From an uncultured Candidatus Rokubacteria bacterium (GTDB lineage Bacteria; Methylomirabilota; Methylomirabilia; Rokubacteriales; DASRDR01), in the NCBI GenBank assembly GCA_963708025.1, contig CAVPSB010000014.1, forward strand, positions 128,001-192,000: a stretch of 64,000 bases of DNA, written 5' to 3'. The notes under the pieces are model-generated. The model did not search any database and had not been told where the DNA came from. It worked only from the letters and a program-made list of their open reading frames with translations. The position numbers and the translations under genes were made by a program. Below, piece after piece: positions 1 to 10,330 of this stretch; position 1 is the first letter of the stretch; each line of letters opens with the position of its first letter.

Positions 1-186
1 GGCGAAGGCCTTCCGGTAGTTCTCGCGCTTGCGGAGGATGGTGATCCAGGAGAGCCCGGCCTGGGCGCCCTCCAGGATCAGGAACTCGAACTGCACCCGA
101 TCGTCGTGGACGGGGAGGCCCCACTCGCGGTCGTGATAGGCGACCGAGAGGGGATCCTCCCCGACCCACTGGCAGCGCGCCGTCAC
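1..186 (-). CDS. tag: DNA-3-methyladenine glycosylase I (5' part; runs off window)
   Basis: Manual translation MTARCQWVGEDPLSVAYHDREWGLPVHDDRVQFEFLILEGAQAGLSWITILRKRENYRKAF carries the TagI motifs YHD.EWG and LEGAQAGLSW; GTG start overlaps the upstream TGA. Confidence 0.9.
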   Translation of the reverse strand, partial: MTARCQWVGEDPLSVAYHDREWGLPVHDDRVQFEFLILEGAQAGLSWITILRKRENYRKAFA

Positions 187-1710
187 TTCTCCAGGCTCAC
201 CTGCTCCAGCACGGCCATGTCGTCCACCGTGAAGGCGAAGTCCTGGACGTGCTTGGCCAGGCCGAACACGCTCTGGCGGTAGGCGATGCTGATCACCCAG
301 GCCTCGTCCAGGATCGCGGCGTTCAGCTTCGCGAACGCCGCCTTCTGCCTGGCGGGGTCGACCGTGCCGGCTCGCCTCGGCGACGGCGTCCGCATACGCC
401 TTGGGGGTATTGTTGCCCCAGACCGGGTTGTTGGCGATGCGGTAGATGCTGTTGAGCGAGACGCGGGACGGGTACTTCTGGGTGTTGCCGGAGAACGACA
501 TGGCGAGCTGGAAGTCGCCGCCCAGCACGCGCTTGTAGTACTGGGTCGAGTCCAGGATCACCAGCTCCATCTCGAAGCCGATCTTGGCCAGGTCCGCCTT
601 GATGATCTGGGCGATCGCCGGCAGCTCGGGGAACTGCGGGAGCGCGAGACACTCCGCCTTGCCGCCCTTGATCCCGGCCTTGTCGAAGAGCTCCTTGGCC
701 TTCTTGAGGTCGAAGGCGTACTTGGTGAGGGCGGAGGCGGTCGTAGGCGGCCGACGCCCGGCTGAAGGGGAGCACCGCCGGCTGGCTCACGCCGAAGAGC
801 ACGTTCTCCACCACGCCGTTCCGGTCCATCGCGTAGAGGAGCGCCTGGCGGGCCTCCTTCTTGTCGAACGGCGGCTTGGCGCCGTTCGACGCGCAGCTCG
901 TAGGTCAGGGCACCGGGGTGGCCGCGGACCAGGTTGAACTCCTTGGCGAGCCGGGCGACGTCCTTGGGCGGCAGCGAGACGACCAGGTCGCAGATGCCCG
1001 ACTGGAGGGCGGCGACCATGGCGTCGGAGTCGCCGAAGACCTTGAACACCACCCGGTCCACCCACGGGGCCGGCGCCCCCCAGTAGGTCGGGTTGCGCTC
1101 GAGCGTGGTGTGATCGCCCGGGACCCACTCGACGAACTTGAAGGGGCCGGTGCCCGACCCCCGGTTCTTCAGGGAGTCCATCGGCGGACGGCTCGATGAT
1201 CGCCATCGCCTGGAGGAGGTCGGTGATCTCCGGCGACACCTTCTTGAACCTGATGACCACGGTGCCGGCGTCGGGCGCCGTCACGCCCTCGACGTTGGCC
1301 ACCGCCGGCAGCATGTTCCAGCCCCGGTCCTTGTCGGCCGCCTTCTCGAAGTTCTTCACGACGTCGGCGCCGGTCAGATCCTTCCCGCTGTGGAACTTGA
1401 CGCCCTTGCGGAGGGTCAGCGTCACCGACTGGCCGTCGGGGGCGATGACCCAGCGCTCGGCCAGTCCCGGCAGCGGCTTGAGGCTCTGGTCGTAGCGGAT
1501 GAGCGTGTCGTAGAGGTTCTGCTGGAGCGTGAAGTTGGCGAAGGAGAGGTCGTGGGGATCGAAGGTGTTCCAGTCGTTCGGCATGCCGACGGTCAGGGTG
1601 CCGCCCTTCTTCTTGGCGGCCGCCCGGCGGGCGGTGAAGAGGCCGGGGCCGAGGACGGCGCCGGCGCCGAGGCCGGCGAGGACGGCGCGACGGGACAGGG
1701 GACGGGTCAT
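183..1710 (-). CDS. ABC transporter substrate-binding protein, family 5 (DppA/OppA-like), Tat signal; frameshifted in assembly
   Basis: ORF pieces 787-1710, 558-1181, 323-829 and 183-395 join into an SBP_bac_5 protein (SRRAVL Tat motif, LRKGVKFHSG, GTGPFKFVEW). Confidence 0.85.
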
Positions 1711-1725
1711 GGCAGTCTCCTTTGC

Positions 1726-2670
1726 TCAGGAGTAGCGGATCCGCGGGTCGAGGAACGCGTAGGCGAGGTCGGTCAGCAGGTTGATGACGACGAAGGCGGA
1801 GACGACGAAGAGGATCGTCCCCTGGACCACGGTGTAGTCGCGGGTCAGGATCGCCTGGAGCAGCATCCGCCCCAGGCCGGGGTAGTCGAAGATCGCTTCG
1901 GTGATGACGGCGCCGCCCATGAAGGCGCCGAACTGGAGCCCGAGCACGGTCACCACCGGGATCAGGGCGTTCTTGAGCGCGTGGACGCCGACCACGCCGG
2001 GCTCGCCGACCCCCTTGGCCCGGGCGGTGCGGACGTAGTCCTGGCCGAGCGACTCCAGGAGCGCCGCCCGGGTGAAGCGGGCCAGGACCGCCGACACGTA
2101 GGCGCCGAGCGTCACGGCGGGAAGGACGAGGAAGCGGAGGGCCCGGAGGGGCTCCTGCCAGATCGGGACGAAGCCGGAGGTCGGCAGCCAGCGGAGGTAG
2201 AGGCCGAACAGCAGGACGAGCAGGATCCCCAGCCAGAAGGTCGGCACGGCCATGGCGAGAGCATTGTAGCCGGCCGCCACCCGTCCGATCCAGGAGCGGG
2301 GTCGGACCGCCGAGAGGATGCCGAGCGGGGCCGCGATGAGGAGCGCCACCACGAGCGAGGCGACGGTGAGCTGGAGGGTCACCGGGACCCGCTGGGCCAG
2401 CATGGTGCGGACGGGGAGGCCGTTCAGATACGAGACGCCGAGGTCGCCCTCCAGGACCCGGCCCAGCCAGAGCGCGTACTGGACCGGCCAGGGCCGGTCC
2501 AGGCCCATCTGCGCGCGGGCGCGCTGGAGCTGCTCCGGGGTCACATCCGGGCCGAGGAGCGCCACCGCGGGATCCCCGGGGATCAAGTAGATCAGCAGCC
2601 AGACCGCGATCGACGTGAGCAGGAGGACGGGGAGCAGGTGGACCAGCCGGACTAGGGCATAACGCAGCAT
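1726..2670 (-). CDS. ABC transporter permease (DppB/OppB-like)
   Basis: PGDPA, DYVRTARAKG EAA loop, YAFLDPRIRY; ATG at 2670. Confidence 0.9.
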   Translation of the reverse strand: MLRYALVRLVHLLPVLLLTSIAVWLLIYLIPGDPAVALLGPDVTPEQLQRARAQMGLDRPWPVQYALWLGRVLEGDLGVSYLNGLPVRTMLAQRVPVTLQLTVASLVVALLIAAPLGILSAVRPRSWIGRVAAGYNALAMAVPTFWLGILLVLLFGLYLRWLPTSGFVPIWQEPLRALRFLVLPAVTLGAYVSAVLARFTRAALLESLGQDYVRTARAKGVGEPGVVGVHALKNALIPVVTVLGLQFGAFMGGAVITEAIFDYPGLGRMLLQAILTRDYTVVQGTILFVVSAFVVINLLTDLAYAFLDPRIRYS

Positions 2671-3617
2671 CAGGCCGAGCCTCGCGCGCCGGCCGCTGGC
2701 CGGGCGCCGCCGAGCGCGCCGCCGGCGAAGGCCCGCTGGAGCCCGTCGGCCAGCCCGTTCAGCGAGAGCACGGCCAGCGTGATCATGACCCCGGGAAAGA
2801 GGCCGTACCACGGCGCCTGGTAGAGAAAGGAGCGCCCGGTGTTCAGCATCGAGCCCCAGCTCGGCTCCGGCGGCCGGGAGGAGAGGCCGAGGAAGGACAG
2901 CGCCGCTTCGAGCAGGATGGCGTAGGCGGCGGCGACGGTGGCCTGCACCAGGAGGGGCGAGGCGGCGTTGGGCAGGATCGTCCGGAACATGAGGTAGCCC
3001 GGTCCCCCGCCCATGGCGCGGGCGGCGACGACGAACTCCCGCTCCTTGAGCGCCAGCGTGCTCGCCCGCGCGATGCGGGCGAAGGCCGGGATGCTGACCA
3101 CCGCCACCGCCAGCACGGCGTTGAGGACGCCCGGCCCCAGCACCGCGATGATGGCCATGGCCAGGAGGATCGCCGGCACCGCCAGCAGGAAGTCGAGGAA
3201 CCGCATGATGACGGTGTCCGTCCAGCCGCCGGCGTAGCCGCCGAGGAGCCCGAGCGGGACGCCGACGAGGCCGGCGGCCAGGACCACCGCGGCCCCGGTC
3301 AGGAGTGAGACCCGGGCGCCGTGGACGGCGCGGCTCCAGATGTCCCGGCCGAACTCGTCGGTGCCGAAGAGGTGCCGGAGCGAGGGCGCCTCGAAGCGGC
3401 TCTGCCGGTCCTGGTCGAGGGGGTCGTAGCGGCCGACCACGGGCGCCGCCGCCGCCAGCACCGCCAGGACCCCGAGCACGATCAGCGCCGCCGCGGTGGC
3501 GGCCTCGCGCCGGAGCCAGCCGAGGAGGCGGCCCGACCCGGCCCGCCGCGCCGCGTCCGCGGACGGCGAGCGCTCCACCCGACCGGACGACCGCGAGAGC
3601 GCCACCGGCCCCGTCAC
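2670..3617 (-). CDS. ABC transporter permease (DppC/OppC-like)
   Basis: HLFGTDEFGRDI, EFVVAARAMG, EAALSFLGL..PSWG. Confidence 0.9.
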   Translation of the reverse strand: MTGPVALSRSSGRVERSPSADAARRAGSGRLLGWLRREAATAAALIVLGVLAVLAAAAPVVGRYDPLDQDRQSRFEAPSLRHLFGTDEFGRDIWSRAVHGARVSLLTGAAVVLAAGLVGVPLGLLGGYAGGWTDTVIMRFLDFLLAVPAILLAMAIIAVLGPGVLNAVLAVAVVSIPAFARIARASTLALKEREFVVAARAMGGGPGYLMFRTILPNAASPLLVQATVAAAYAILLEAALSFLGLSSRPPEPSWGSMLNTGRSFLYQAPWYGLFPGVMITLAVLSLNGLADGLQRAFAGGALGGARPAAGARGSA

Positions 3618-3669
3618 CGTGCGGTCCTTATATCAACCGCCTCGGACTGCGTCAACGCGCCGTCCACGG

Positions 3670-4569
3670 TCACAGCCTGCGCAGGCGCGGGTCCAGCCGG
3701 TCGCGGATCCAGTCGCCCAGCAGGTTGATCGACAGCACGGTCAGCAGGATGGCGAGTCCGGGGAGCGTCGTGAGCCACCAGGCGCGGCCGATGTAGGCCC
3801 GCCCGTCAGCGAGCATCGAGCCCCAGGTCGGGATCGCGGGCTCCACCCCGAGACCCAGGAAGCTGAGGCTCGCCTCGGTGATGATGTTGGTGGCGATCGC
3901 GAAGGTGCCGACCACGATCACCGGGGTGAGGACGTTCGGCAGCAGGTGGCGCGGGATGATCACGTGGCTCGGCGCCCCCAGGGCGCGGGCCGCCACCACG
4001 AATTCCCGCTCCTTCAGGGCGAGCACCTCGCCGCGGACCAGGCGCGCGTAGTACATCCAGCCGGCGACTCCGAGGACGATGATCACGTTGCGGAGCCCGG
4101 CGCCGAGCACCGCCACCACCGTGATGGCGAGCAGGATGAACGGGAAGGCGAGCTGGATGTCCACCAGCCGCATGATCAGGGCGTCCAGCCGCCCGCCGTA
4201 GTAGCCGGCGAGGAGCCCGAGCGTGACGCCCAGCAGGCCGGAGATGACGACCGCGGTGATCCCGATCACCAGGGACACCCGGGAGCCGTAGATCAGCCGG
4301 CTCAGGATGTCGCGGCCGAGGTGGTCAGAGCCGAGCGGAAACGCCCACTGGCCCCCGGCGGTCCAGGCGGGTGGGAGCAGCCGCCGCTCGAGCACCTGCT
4401 CGCGCGGGTCGTGGGGGGCGATCCAGGGCGCCGTGAGCGCCGCCAGGCAGACGCTCGCCAGCACGAGCGCCGCGGCGATCGCGGCCGAGGGCCGACGGGC
4501 GATCCGTCGCTCCGCGGGCGGCGCGGCGACCCTCCCCGGGGCGCCCAGGGCCCGCGCCTCGGCGCTCAT
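3670..4569 (-). CDS. ABC transporter permease (DppC/OppC-like)
   Basis: PLGSDHLGRDILSR, EASLSFLGLG, DRLDPR. Confidence 0.9.
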   Translation of the reverse strand: MSAEARALGAPGRVAAPPAERRIARRPSAAIAAALVLASVCLAALTAPWIAPHDPREQVLERRLLPPAWTAGGQWAFPLGSDHLGRDILSRLIYGSRVSLVIGITAVVISGLLGVTLGLLAGYYGGRLDALIMRLVDIQLAFPFILLAITVVAVLGAGLRNVIIVLGVAGWMYYARLVRGEVLALKEREFVVAARALGAPSHVIIPRHLLPNVLTPVIVVGTFAIATNIITEASLSFLGLGVEPAIPTWGSMLADGRAYIGRAWWLTTLPGLAILLTVLSINLLGDWIRDRLDPRLRRL

Positions 4570-5486
4570 GCCAGCCGCACGCGGGGATCCAGCCACGTGT
4601 ACAGGACGTCGACGGCGAAGTTGATCACCACGAAGGCGACCGCGATGACGAAGACATCGGCCTGGACCACCGGGAAGTCGCGGACGGCGATGGAGTCGAT
4701 CGCCAGCCGGCCGACCCCCGGCCAGGCGAAGACGGTCTCGGTGATCACCGCGCCGCCGAGGACGGTGCCGATGTCGAGGCCGATGATCGTGACGATCGGG
4801 ATGGCCGCGTTCTTGAGCGCGTGGCGGACGACGACGGCGCGCTCCCCGAGACCCTTGGCCCGCGCCGTCCGCACGTAATCCTGGTCGAGCACGTCGAGGA
4901 GCCCCGAGCGGACCAGGCGGGTCAGCCGGGCCATGAAGAAGCCGCCGAGTGTGATGGCCGGCAGGATGACGTGCCTGATGTCGCCCCGGCCCGACGAGGG
5001 CAGGAGCCCCAGGTTGACCGAGAAGACGAGGATCAGCATGAGGCCCAGCCAGAACGTCGGCATGGACTGGCCGAGCAGGGCGGTCAGCATCGCGGCGTTC
5101 TCCTGGAGCGAGGCGCGCCGCACCGCCGAGACGAGGCCGAGGATGAAGGCGAAGGGGATCGCCCAGGCCAGGGTCGCCGACGCCAGCTCGACGGTGGCCG
5201 GGAGGCGCTCGAGGACCACCGCCAGCGCCGGCTGGTCGCGGTAGCGCAGCGAGCTACCGAAGTCACCCCGGACCGCGCCGGCCAGGAAGCGCGCGAACTG
5301 GATCGGCAGGGGCCGGTCGAAGCCCATCTGCCGGCGGAGGCCATCGATGTCCTCGATCGTGGCCTCGGGCGGCAGCATGAGCCGGGCCGGGTCGCCGGTG
5401 AGCTGGAGGATCACGAAGACGAGGAGCAGCACCCCGAGGATGACGACGACCGACTCGACGAGGCGGGCAAGGATGTAGCGGGTCAC
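4566..5486 (-). CDS. ABC transporter permease (DppB/OppB-like)
   Basis: GDPA, DYVRTARAKGL, ETVFAWPG, LDPRVR. Confidence 0.9.
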   Translation of the reverse strand: MTRYILARLVESVVVILGVLLLVFVILQLTGDPARLMLPPEATIEDIDGLRRQMGFDRPLPIQFARFLAGAVRGDFGSSLRYRDQPALAVVLERLPATVELASATLAWAIPFAFILGLVSAVRRASLQENAAMLTALLGQSMPTFWLGLMLILVFSVNLGLLPSSGRGDIRHVILPAITLGGFFMARLTRLVRSGLLDVLDQDYVRTARAKGLGERAVVVRHALKNAAIPIVTIIGLDIGTVLGGAVITETVFAWPGVGRLAIDSIAVRDFPVVQADVFVIAVAFVVINFAVDVLYTWLDPRVRLA

Positions 5487-5499
5487 GATGACGAGGAGA

Positions 5500-5566
5500 C
5501 CCCCTCACCCCGACCCTCTCCCCCCACTGATGAAACAGTCGGGGGAGAGGGAGGATGGGGAAGGGC
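5500..5566. repeat. REP-like palindrome (CCCCTCACCC..CCCTCTCCCC..GGGGAGAGGG type)
   Basis: Intergenic inverted repeat ccctctccccc / gggggagaggg between SBP and permease. Confidence 0.6.
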
Positions 5567-5574
5567 GAGCGGGG

Positions 5575-7134
5575 TCAGGCTTTGAGCGTCATCTCGTAGT
5601 GGCGGACCATCTCGTCGGAGCGGGGCTTCCACTCGACGCGGGTGCTCGCGCCGTAGATGTCCTCGAGGGCATGCATGAACAGGGCAGGGGCGTCATCGAT
5701 CATCAGCCGCTGGACCTTGCCGTAGATCTCGCGGCGCTTTCCCTCGTCGAGCACCGTGCGGCCTTCCTCCAGCAGGGCGTCGAGCGCCTCGTTCCCGTAG
5801 CCGGTCCAGTTCTTGGTGTAGCGCCCGCCGCTTCGGAAGAGCGGGAAGTAGGTGCCGTCGGCGTCCATCCAGGGATTGCCCCAGCTCGCGAAGATCAGGT
5901 CGTCGAGCTTCCCGGCGTCCGCCGCGTCCTGCCAGGCCCCCCACTCCCAGAACTTGAGGGTCACCTTGATGCCGACCTTGCCCAGCTCCCCGGCCAGGGC
6001 CTCGGCGATCTCCTTGTCCTTCGGGTAGCGGCCCTGGATCGCGTGCATGTTGAGGCTGATGCCGCCGGCGTAGCCGGCCTGGGCCAGCAGAGCCTTGGCC
6101 TTGTTCGGGTCGTAGGGATAGGGCGGGACCGTCGGGTCGAAGCCGAAGTGCCAGGGGTTGGAGATGACGGCCCGGCGGAAGCCGTGGCCGCCGAGGATTG
6201 CCTTGATGATGCCGTCCATGTTGGAAGCGTAGTTGACGGCCTGGCGGACCAGCTTGTTGCTGAGCGGCTCCTTGCGGACGTTGATGAAGTAGAACGGGAT
6301 CCGGTTCCCGGGCAGCGCGGTAGCCCGGGCCTTGCCGCTCTTGTTGACGCGGTCGATCTCGTCCGGGGGCACGGCCGTGATGATGTCCACGTCGCCGGCC
6401 AGGAGCGCGGCCAGCCGGGTGCCCGTCTCCGGGATGGTCCGCATGGTGACCCGCTGGATCGTGGCCTTCGAGCCCCAGTAGCCGGCGTTGACCTCCATGA
6501 CGAAGTCGGCGTCCTTCTGCCAGCTCACGAACTTGTAAGGGCCGGTGCCCACCGGCTTCCGGGCCAGCTCATCGGCCGAGGCCGTCCCGAAGTATTTCGG
6601 CGGCAGCATGTTCATGTGGAAGCTGGACATGCGGCGGGCCAGCATCGGGTCAGGCTTCTTGGTCACGACGTTGACGGTGTAGCGGTCGAGAATGTCCACC
6701 CGCTCGATGGTCTGGTAGGTGGTGCGGAGCGGCGCCTTGGTGTCGGGATTCAGCGTCCGCTCGACGGTGAACTTGACCGACTGGGCGTCGAAGTCCTCCC
6801 CGTTGTGGAACTTCACCCCCTGGCGGAGCTTGAACTGCATCGTGAGGTCGTTGAGCCGGGAGAACGACGTCGCCAGGAGCGGGTCGACCTTGGTCAGGTC
6901 GGCGCTGAGCGTCACCAGCGGCTCGAACATGTTCCGGAGCACGCTCTCGTGGACGCTGTTGTCGTGCTTGTGGGGGTCGAGGGTCAGTAGCGGGATGCCG
7001 TATGCGATCACCAGCTTCGACTCGCCGGCGGCGTGGAGGTCCCCGAGCCGTCCGGCGGCGACGGCGCCGGCGACGAGGCCGGCGGAGGTCCTCAGGAAGT
7101 CGCGGCGCGTGTGACGGTGAGCCTGCGTGGCCAT
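5575..7134 (-). CDS. ABC transporter substrate-binding protein, family 5, Tat signal
   Basis: TRRDFL Tat motif, LRQGVKFHNG, PVGTGPYKF, VRQAVNYA. Confidence 0.92.
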   Translation of the reverse strand: MATQAHRHTRRDFLRTSAGLVAGAVAAGRLGDLHAAGESKLVIAYGIPLLTLDPHKHDNSVHESVLRNMFEPLVTLSADLTKVDPLLATSFSRLNDLTMQFKLRQGVKFHNGEDFDAQSVKFTVERTLNPDTKAPLRTTYQTIERVDILDRYTVNVVTKKPDPMLARRMSSFHMNMLPPKYFGTASADELARKPVGTGPYKFVSWQKDADFVMEVNAGYWGSKATIQRVTMRTIPETGTRLAALLAGDVDIITAVPPDEIDRVNKSGKARATALPGNRIPFYFINVRKEPLSNKLVRQAVNYASNMDGIIKAILGGHGFRRAVISNPWHFGFDPTVPPYPYDPNKAKALLAQAGYAGGISLNMHAIQGRYPKDKEIAEALAGELGKVGIKVTLKFWEWGAWQDAADAGKLDDLIFASWGNPWMDADGTYFPLFRSGGRYTKNWTGYGNEALDALLEEGRTVLDEGKRREIYGKVQRLMIDDAPALFMHALEDIYGASTRVEWKPRSDEMVRHYEMTLKA

Positions 7135-7290
7135 GGCGTGCCTCCTTTCGGAGTGGACGGACGGTCGACACTGCAGCGGAGCCCGGACGCGGCTGGTGGC
7201 ATTCTACCCGAGCGCAGTCGGCCGTTGCAAAGGGCGGCCGGCGCGGGTAGTGTCCTTCGAGCAGGGACGAATCCACGAGAGGGAGGACTC

Positions 7291-8934
7291 ATGGGGCACG
7301 AGACCTACGCGAACAAGTTCGGGCTGCGACCGGTGGCGCTGGGACGGCGCGGCATGGTGGCGACGGCGAATCCGCTGGCCACCCTGGCCGGCCTGCGGCT
7401 TTTGGCGCGCGGCGGCAACGCGGTGGACGCCATCGTGGCGGCGGCGGCGGCGATCGGCGTGGCCGAGCCCTACATGTCCGGCCTGGCCGGCTGCGGCGTC
7501 CTGCTGCTGAGCCGACCGGGCCGGACACCCCAGGCGCTGAACTTCCTGGGGCGCGCGCCGGAGGGCGGCACCCCCGAGAAGCTCTCGCAGGCCGCGCGGG
7601 ACAGCGGGCCGCTGTCGGTCGCCGTGCCCGGCAACCTGGCCGGCTGGGCGCGCCTGCTCGCCGACCACGGGACGGTCTCGCTCGCCGACGCCCTGGAGCC
7701 GGCCATCGAGCTGGCCGAGACGGGCTGCCCCCTGACCGTGTTCGACCGCCAGATGTTCGACGAGCACTACGAGCGGCTGAACGCCGAGGGCGCCCGTGTC
7801 TACCTCCAGGGCGGCCGGCCGCCCGCCGTCGGCGCGCCCATCGTCCAGCGCGACCTGGCGCAGACCTTCCGCCGCATCGGGCGCGACGGGATCGGCGCTT
7901 TCTACGACGGCGAGCTGGGCGAGGCCCTGGTCCGGGACCTGGCCGAACAGGGCGGCCTGATCACGCGCCGCGACCTGGCGGGCTACCCGGCGACCCTCCA
8001 GTGGACCGAGGCGCTCAGCACGACCTACCGGGGCGTCCAGGTCTTCGCCCCCCCGCCGCCGGCGAGCGCCCTCCAGATTCTCCAGACGCTGAACGGCATG
8101 AGCGGCTGGGAGCTGGGCCGGATGGAGCACCTTGGGCCGGACCACCTGGCGGTCATCGCCGAGGCGTGCCGGGCGGCGCGGATGGACACCGAGCGGTTCG
8201 TCGGCGATCCGGACTTCGTCGAGGTCCCGGTGGCGCGGCTGCTCGGCGCCGAGCGGACCGAGACCCTGCGGGCCGAGATGCGGCAGCGGCTCGGGTCGCC
8301 GGCGGGGACGCCGCTGGCGGCCGGGGCCGGCATCCGCGGCGGCTCGGCCGGGACGGCGTCCACGACCCACCTGGCCGCGTGCGACGCCAGCGGCCTGGCG
8401 GTCAACATCACCCACAGCCTGGGCGGCGGCTTCGGCAGCGGCGTCGTCGTGCGCGGGACCGGCATCGCGCTCAACAACGCGCTCCACTGGACCAGCTCCG
8501 ACCCCGCCCATCCCAACGTGGTCCGGCCGGGGAAGCGCCACGAGTGGCCGGTCGCGCCGCTCCACCTCTTCCGCGACGGCGCCTTCTGGGCGACGGTCGG
8601 GACCCCGGGCAGCTACGGGATCCTGGTCACCACCGTGCAGGTCGTGGCCAACATGCTCGACTTCGGCCTCAACGTCCAGGACGCCATCGGGGCGCCGCGG
8701 TTCCGCTGGGCCGACGAGGCGGTCGATGGGCTCCCGGCCCGGATGCTGCGCCTGGAGTCGCGGGTGCCGGAGGCGACGCGACGGGCCCTCGAGTCGCGGG
8801 GCTACGCGCTCGACCTGCTCGGCGCCTGGTCGATGCGGGTCGGCGGCGTCCAGGCGGTATTACAAGATAGGGCGAGCGGCTGGCTCATGGGCGGAGCCGA
8901 CCCCCGGCGCAACGGCTACGCGATGGGGTGGTAG
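7291..8934 (+). CDS. Gamma-glutamyltransferase-family Ntn hydrolase
   Basis: GGNAVDA, VAVPG, autocleavage Thr in STTHLAACD, GTPGS, GGADPRR; SD ggagg before ATG 7291. Confidence 0.9.
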   Translation: MGHETYANKFGLRPVALGRRGMVATANPLATLAGLRLLARGGNAVDAIVAAAAAIGVAEPYMSGLAGCGVLLLSRPGRTPQALNFLGRAPEGGTPEKLSQAARDSGPLSVAVPGNLAGWARLLADHGTVSLADALEPAIELAETGCPLTVFDRQMFDEHYERLNAEGARVYLQGGRPPAVGAPIVQRDLAQTFRRIGRDGIGAFYDGELGEALVRDLAEQGGLITRRDLAGYPATLQWTEALSTTYRGVQVFAPPPPASALQILQTLNGMSGWELGRMEHLGPDHLAVIAEACRAARMDTERFVGDPDFVEVPVARLLGAERTETLRAEMRQRLGSPAGTPLAAGAGIRGGSAGTASTTHLAACDASGLAVNITHSLGGGFGSGVVVRGTGIALNNALHWTSSDPAHPNVVRPGKRHEWPVAPLHLFRDGAFWATVGTPGSYGILVTTVQVVANMLDFGLNVQDAIGAPRFRWADEAVDGLPARMLRLESRVPEATRRALESRGYALDLLGAWSMRVGGVQAVLQDRASGWLMGGADPRRNGYAMGW

Positions 8935-8964
8935 TCACCCCCTGACCGCGAAGGAGACGCCATC

Positions 8965-9891
8965 GTGCCAGCCAAGCGGACGGTCCTGCTCACCGGGGCC
9001 AGCGGCTACCTGGCCGCCCAGCTCCTGCCCGCCCTCCGGGACGCCTACGAGCTGCGGCTGGTGGACGTGCGGGAGGTCGATCGGGACGGGACGCCGGTGC
9101 CGGGCGTCACCGTGGCCGACCTGAGCGCCCTCGATCGGACCCGGTACCGGCAGCTCTTCGACGGCATCGACACGGTCGTCCACCTCGGCTACCGCCATCC
9201 CGGCCGTGAAGGGGCATGGGGCGCCGACGTGCCGGCGATCGACCGCTTCGACACCGAGCTCGGCAACGTCCAGATGGCCCAGAACGTCTACCGCTCCGCC
9301 TACGACGCCGGCGTGCGCCGGGTGGTGATGGCCAGCTCGAACCACGCCGCCGACTGGTACGAGCACGCGCTCGTCCACGTCAGGCTGCGCGAGGTGGTCT
9401 CGCCGGCCGACCTGCCGCTCTCCGACAACTTCTACGGGTGGGCCAAGGCCGGCTACGAGCTTCTCGGGTTCGTCTACGCCTGCGGGGGATTCGGGCGGAA
9501 GCTCGAGGTCGTCCTGCTCCGCATCGGGGCGCCCCGCGACGTGGCGGGGCGCCACTACGAGGGGGCGCTCCGCGAGCAGCACGCCGGGCCGGGCGGCTCC
9601 GGCCTGGCCAACTTCAAGCGCGACCTGGGCGCCTGGCTCAGTGAGCGCGACTGGCGCCAGCTCGTGCGCCGCGCCATCGACACCCCGCGGATCGAGAACG
9701 AGCACGGCGTGCCGTGGCTGGTCGTCTACGGGATCAGTGGCAACACCCGGGCTTTCTGGTCGCTGGAGAGCGCCCGGCGGGTCCTCGGCTACGCCCCCGA
9801 GGACGACAGCGAGGTGACCTACGCCGACGACATCCGCCGCCTCCTGACCGGCCCCGACCGCCAGGCCCCCGTCGGCCGCCTCGGCGCGTAG
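8965..9891 (+). CDS. NAD-dependent epimerase/dehydratase (uronate dehydrogenase-like extended SDR)
   Basis: TGASGYLA Rossmann motif, ASSNHA, YGWAK catalytic YxxxK, GISGN..LGYAPED. Confidence 0.8.
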   Translation: MPAKRTVLLTGASGYLAAQLLPALRDAYELRLVDVREVDRDGTPVPGVTVADLSALDRTRYRQLFDGIDTVVHLGYRHPGREGAWGADVPAIDRFDTELGNVQMAQNVYRSAYDAGVRRVVMASSNHAADWYEHALVHVRLREVVSPADLPLSDNFYGWAKAGYELLGFVYACGGFGRKLEVVLLRIGAPRDVAGRHYEGALREQHAGPGGSGLANFKRDLGAWLSERDWRQLVRRAIDTPRIENEHGVPWLVVYGISGNTRAFWSLESARRVLGYAPEDDSEVTYADDIRRLLTGPDRQAPVGRLGA

Positions 9892-9895
9892 CCCA

Positions 9896-10249
9896 TCAGG
9901 GCCAGCAGGAAGGGTAGGCCTTCGCTAGGCGGCTGAAGGTCTTCGGGTTTGGGAAGGCGGGGTCGCGGGCCTCCCGAAAGCGCAGGTCCCCTCGATTAGG
10001 CAAGCGGCCGAGGTCGAGCGACAGGGTTGCCAGCTTGTCGAGGAGCAGATCGTTCTCGTACGCCGGATTGAGCCGGTTAGGAGAGAAGCCGGCTTCGCGG
10101 ACGGCATCGCTCCAGCGCGCCCAATGGACGCCAAGCCAGTCAGCCTCCCTGATGCCTGTCTCCGCGAGGAAGCGGCGCCAGCCGAACGGCTTGCCACCAT
10201 TCGCCTCTGCCGTCCTCCGGATCTCACGGAGGGCGAGGTTCCTTTCCAT
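9896..10249 (-). pseudogene. Truncated protein with homing-endonuclease-associated repeat N-terminus (N-half of a GIY-YIG/T5orf172-type nuclease)
   Basis: IRRTAEANGGKPFG..RF..ETGI...DW.G.HWARWSDAVREAG resembles the N-terminus of such nucleases (recalled, not searched); ends at 117 aa with no nuclease domain. Confidence 0.55.
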
Positions 10250-10269
10250 GTCAGTCGTATCGCCGGTGC

Positions 10270-10330
10270 TGCCAACCTCCGCGGTTAGCGGCGGGCCGCC
10301 GGGCGGCTCGTCCGCTGAACCGAGTCAGAC
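10270..10330 (-). other. Degenerate integron attC-like recombination site
   Basis: Minus strand GTCTGAC-tc-GGTTCAGCGG...CCGCTAACC-gcggag-GTTGGCA; L-box-like arms pair with one extra base. Confidence 0.45.

Noticed and set aside
1138-6990. Long plus-strand ORFs (1138-2655, 3496-4878, 5488-6990) and similar shadows elsewhere (45344-47701, 57017-59119, 59697-61487)
   Set aside because: Antisense or off-frame shadows of real genes, expected at this GC content; no motifs
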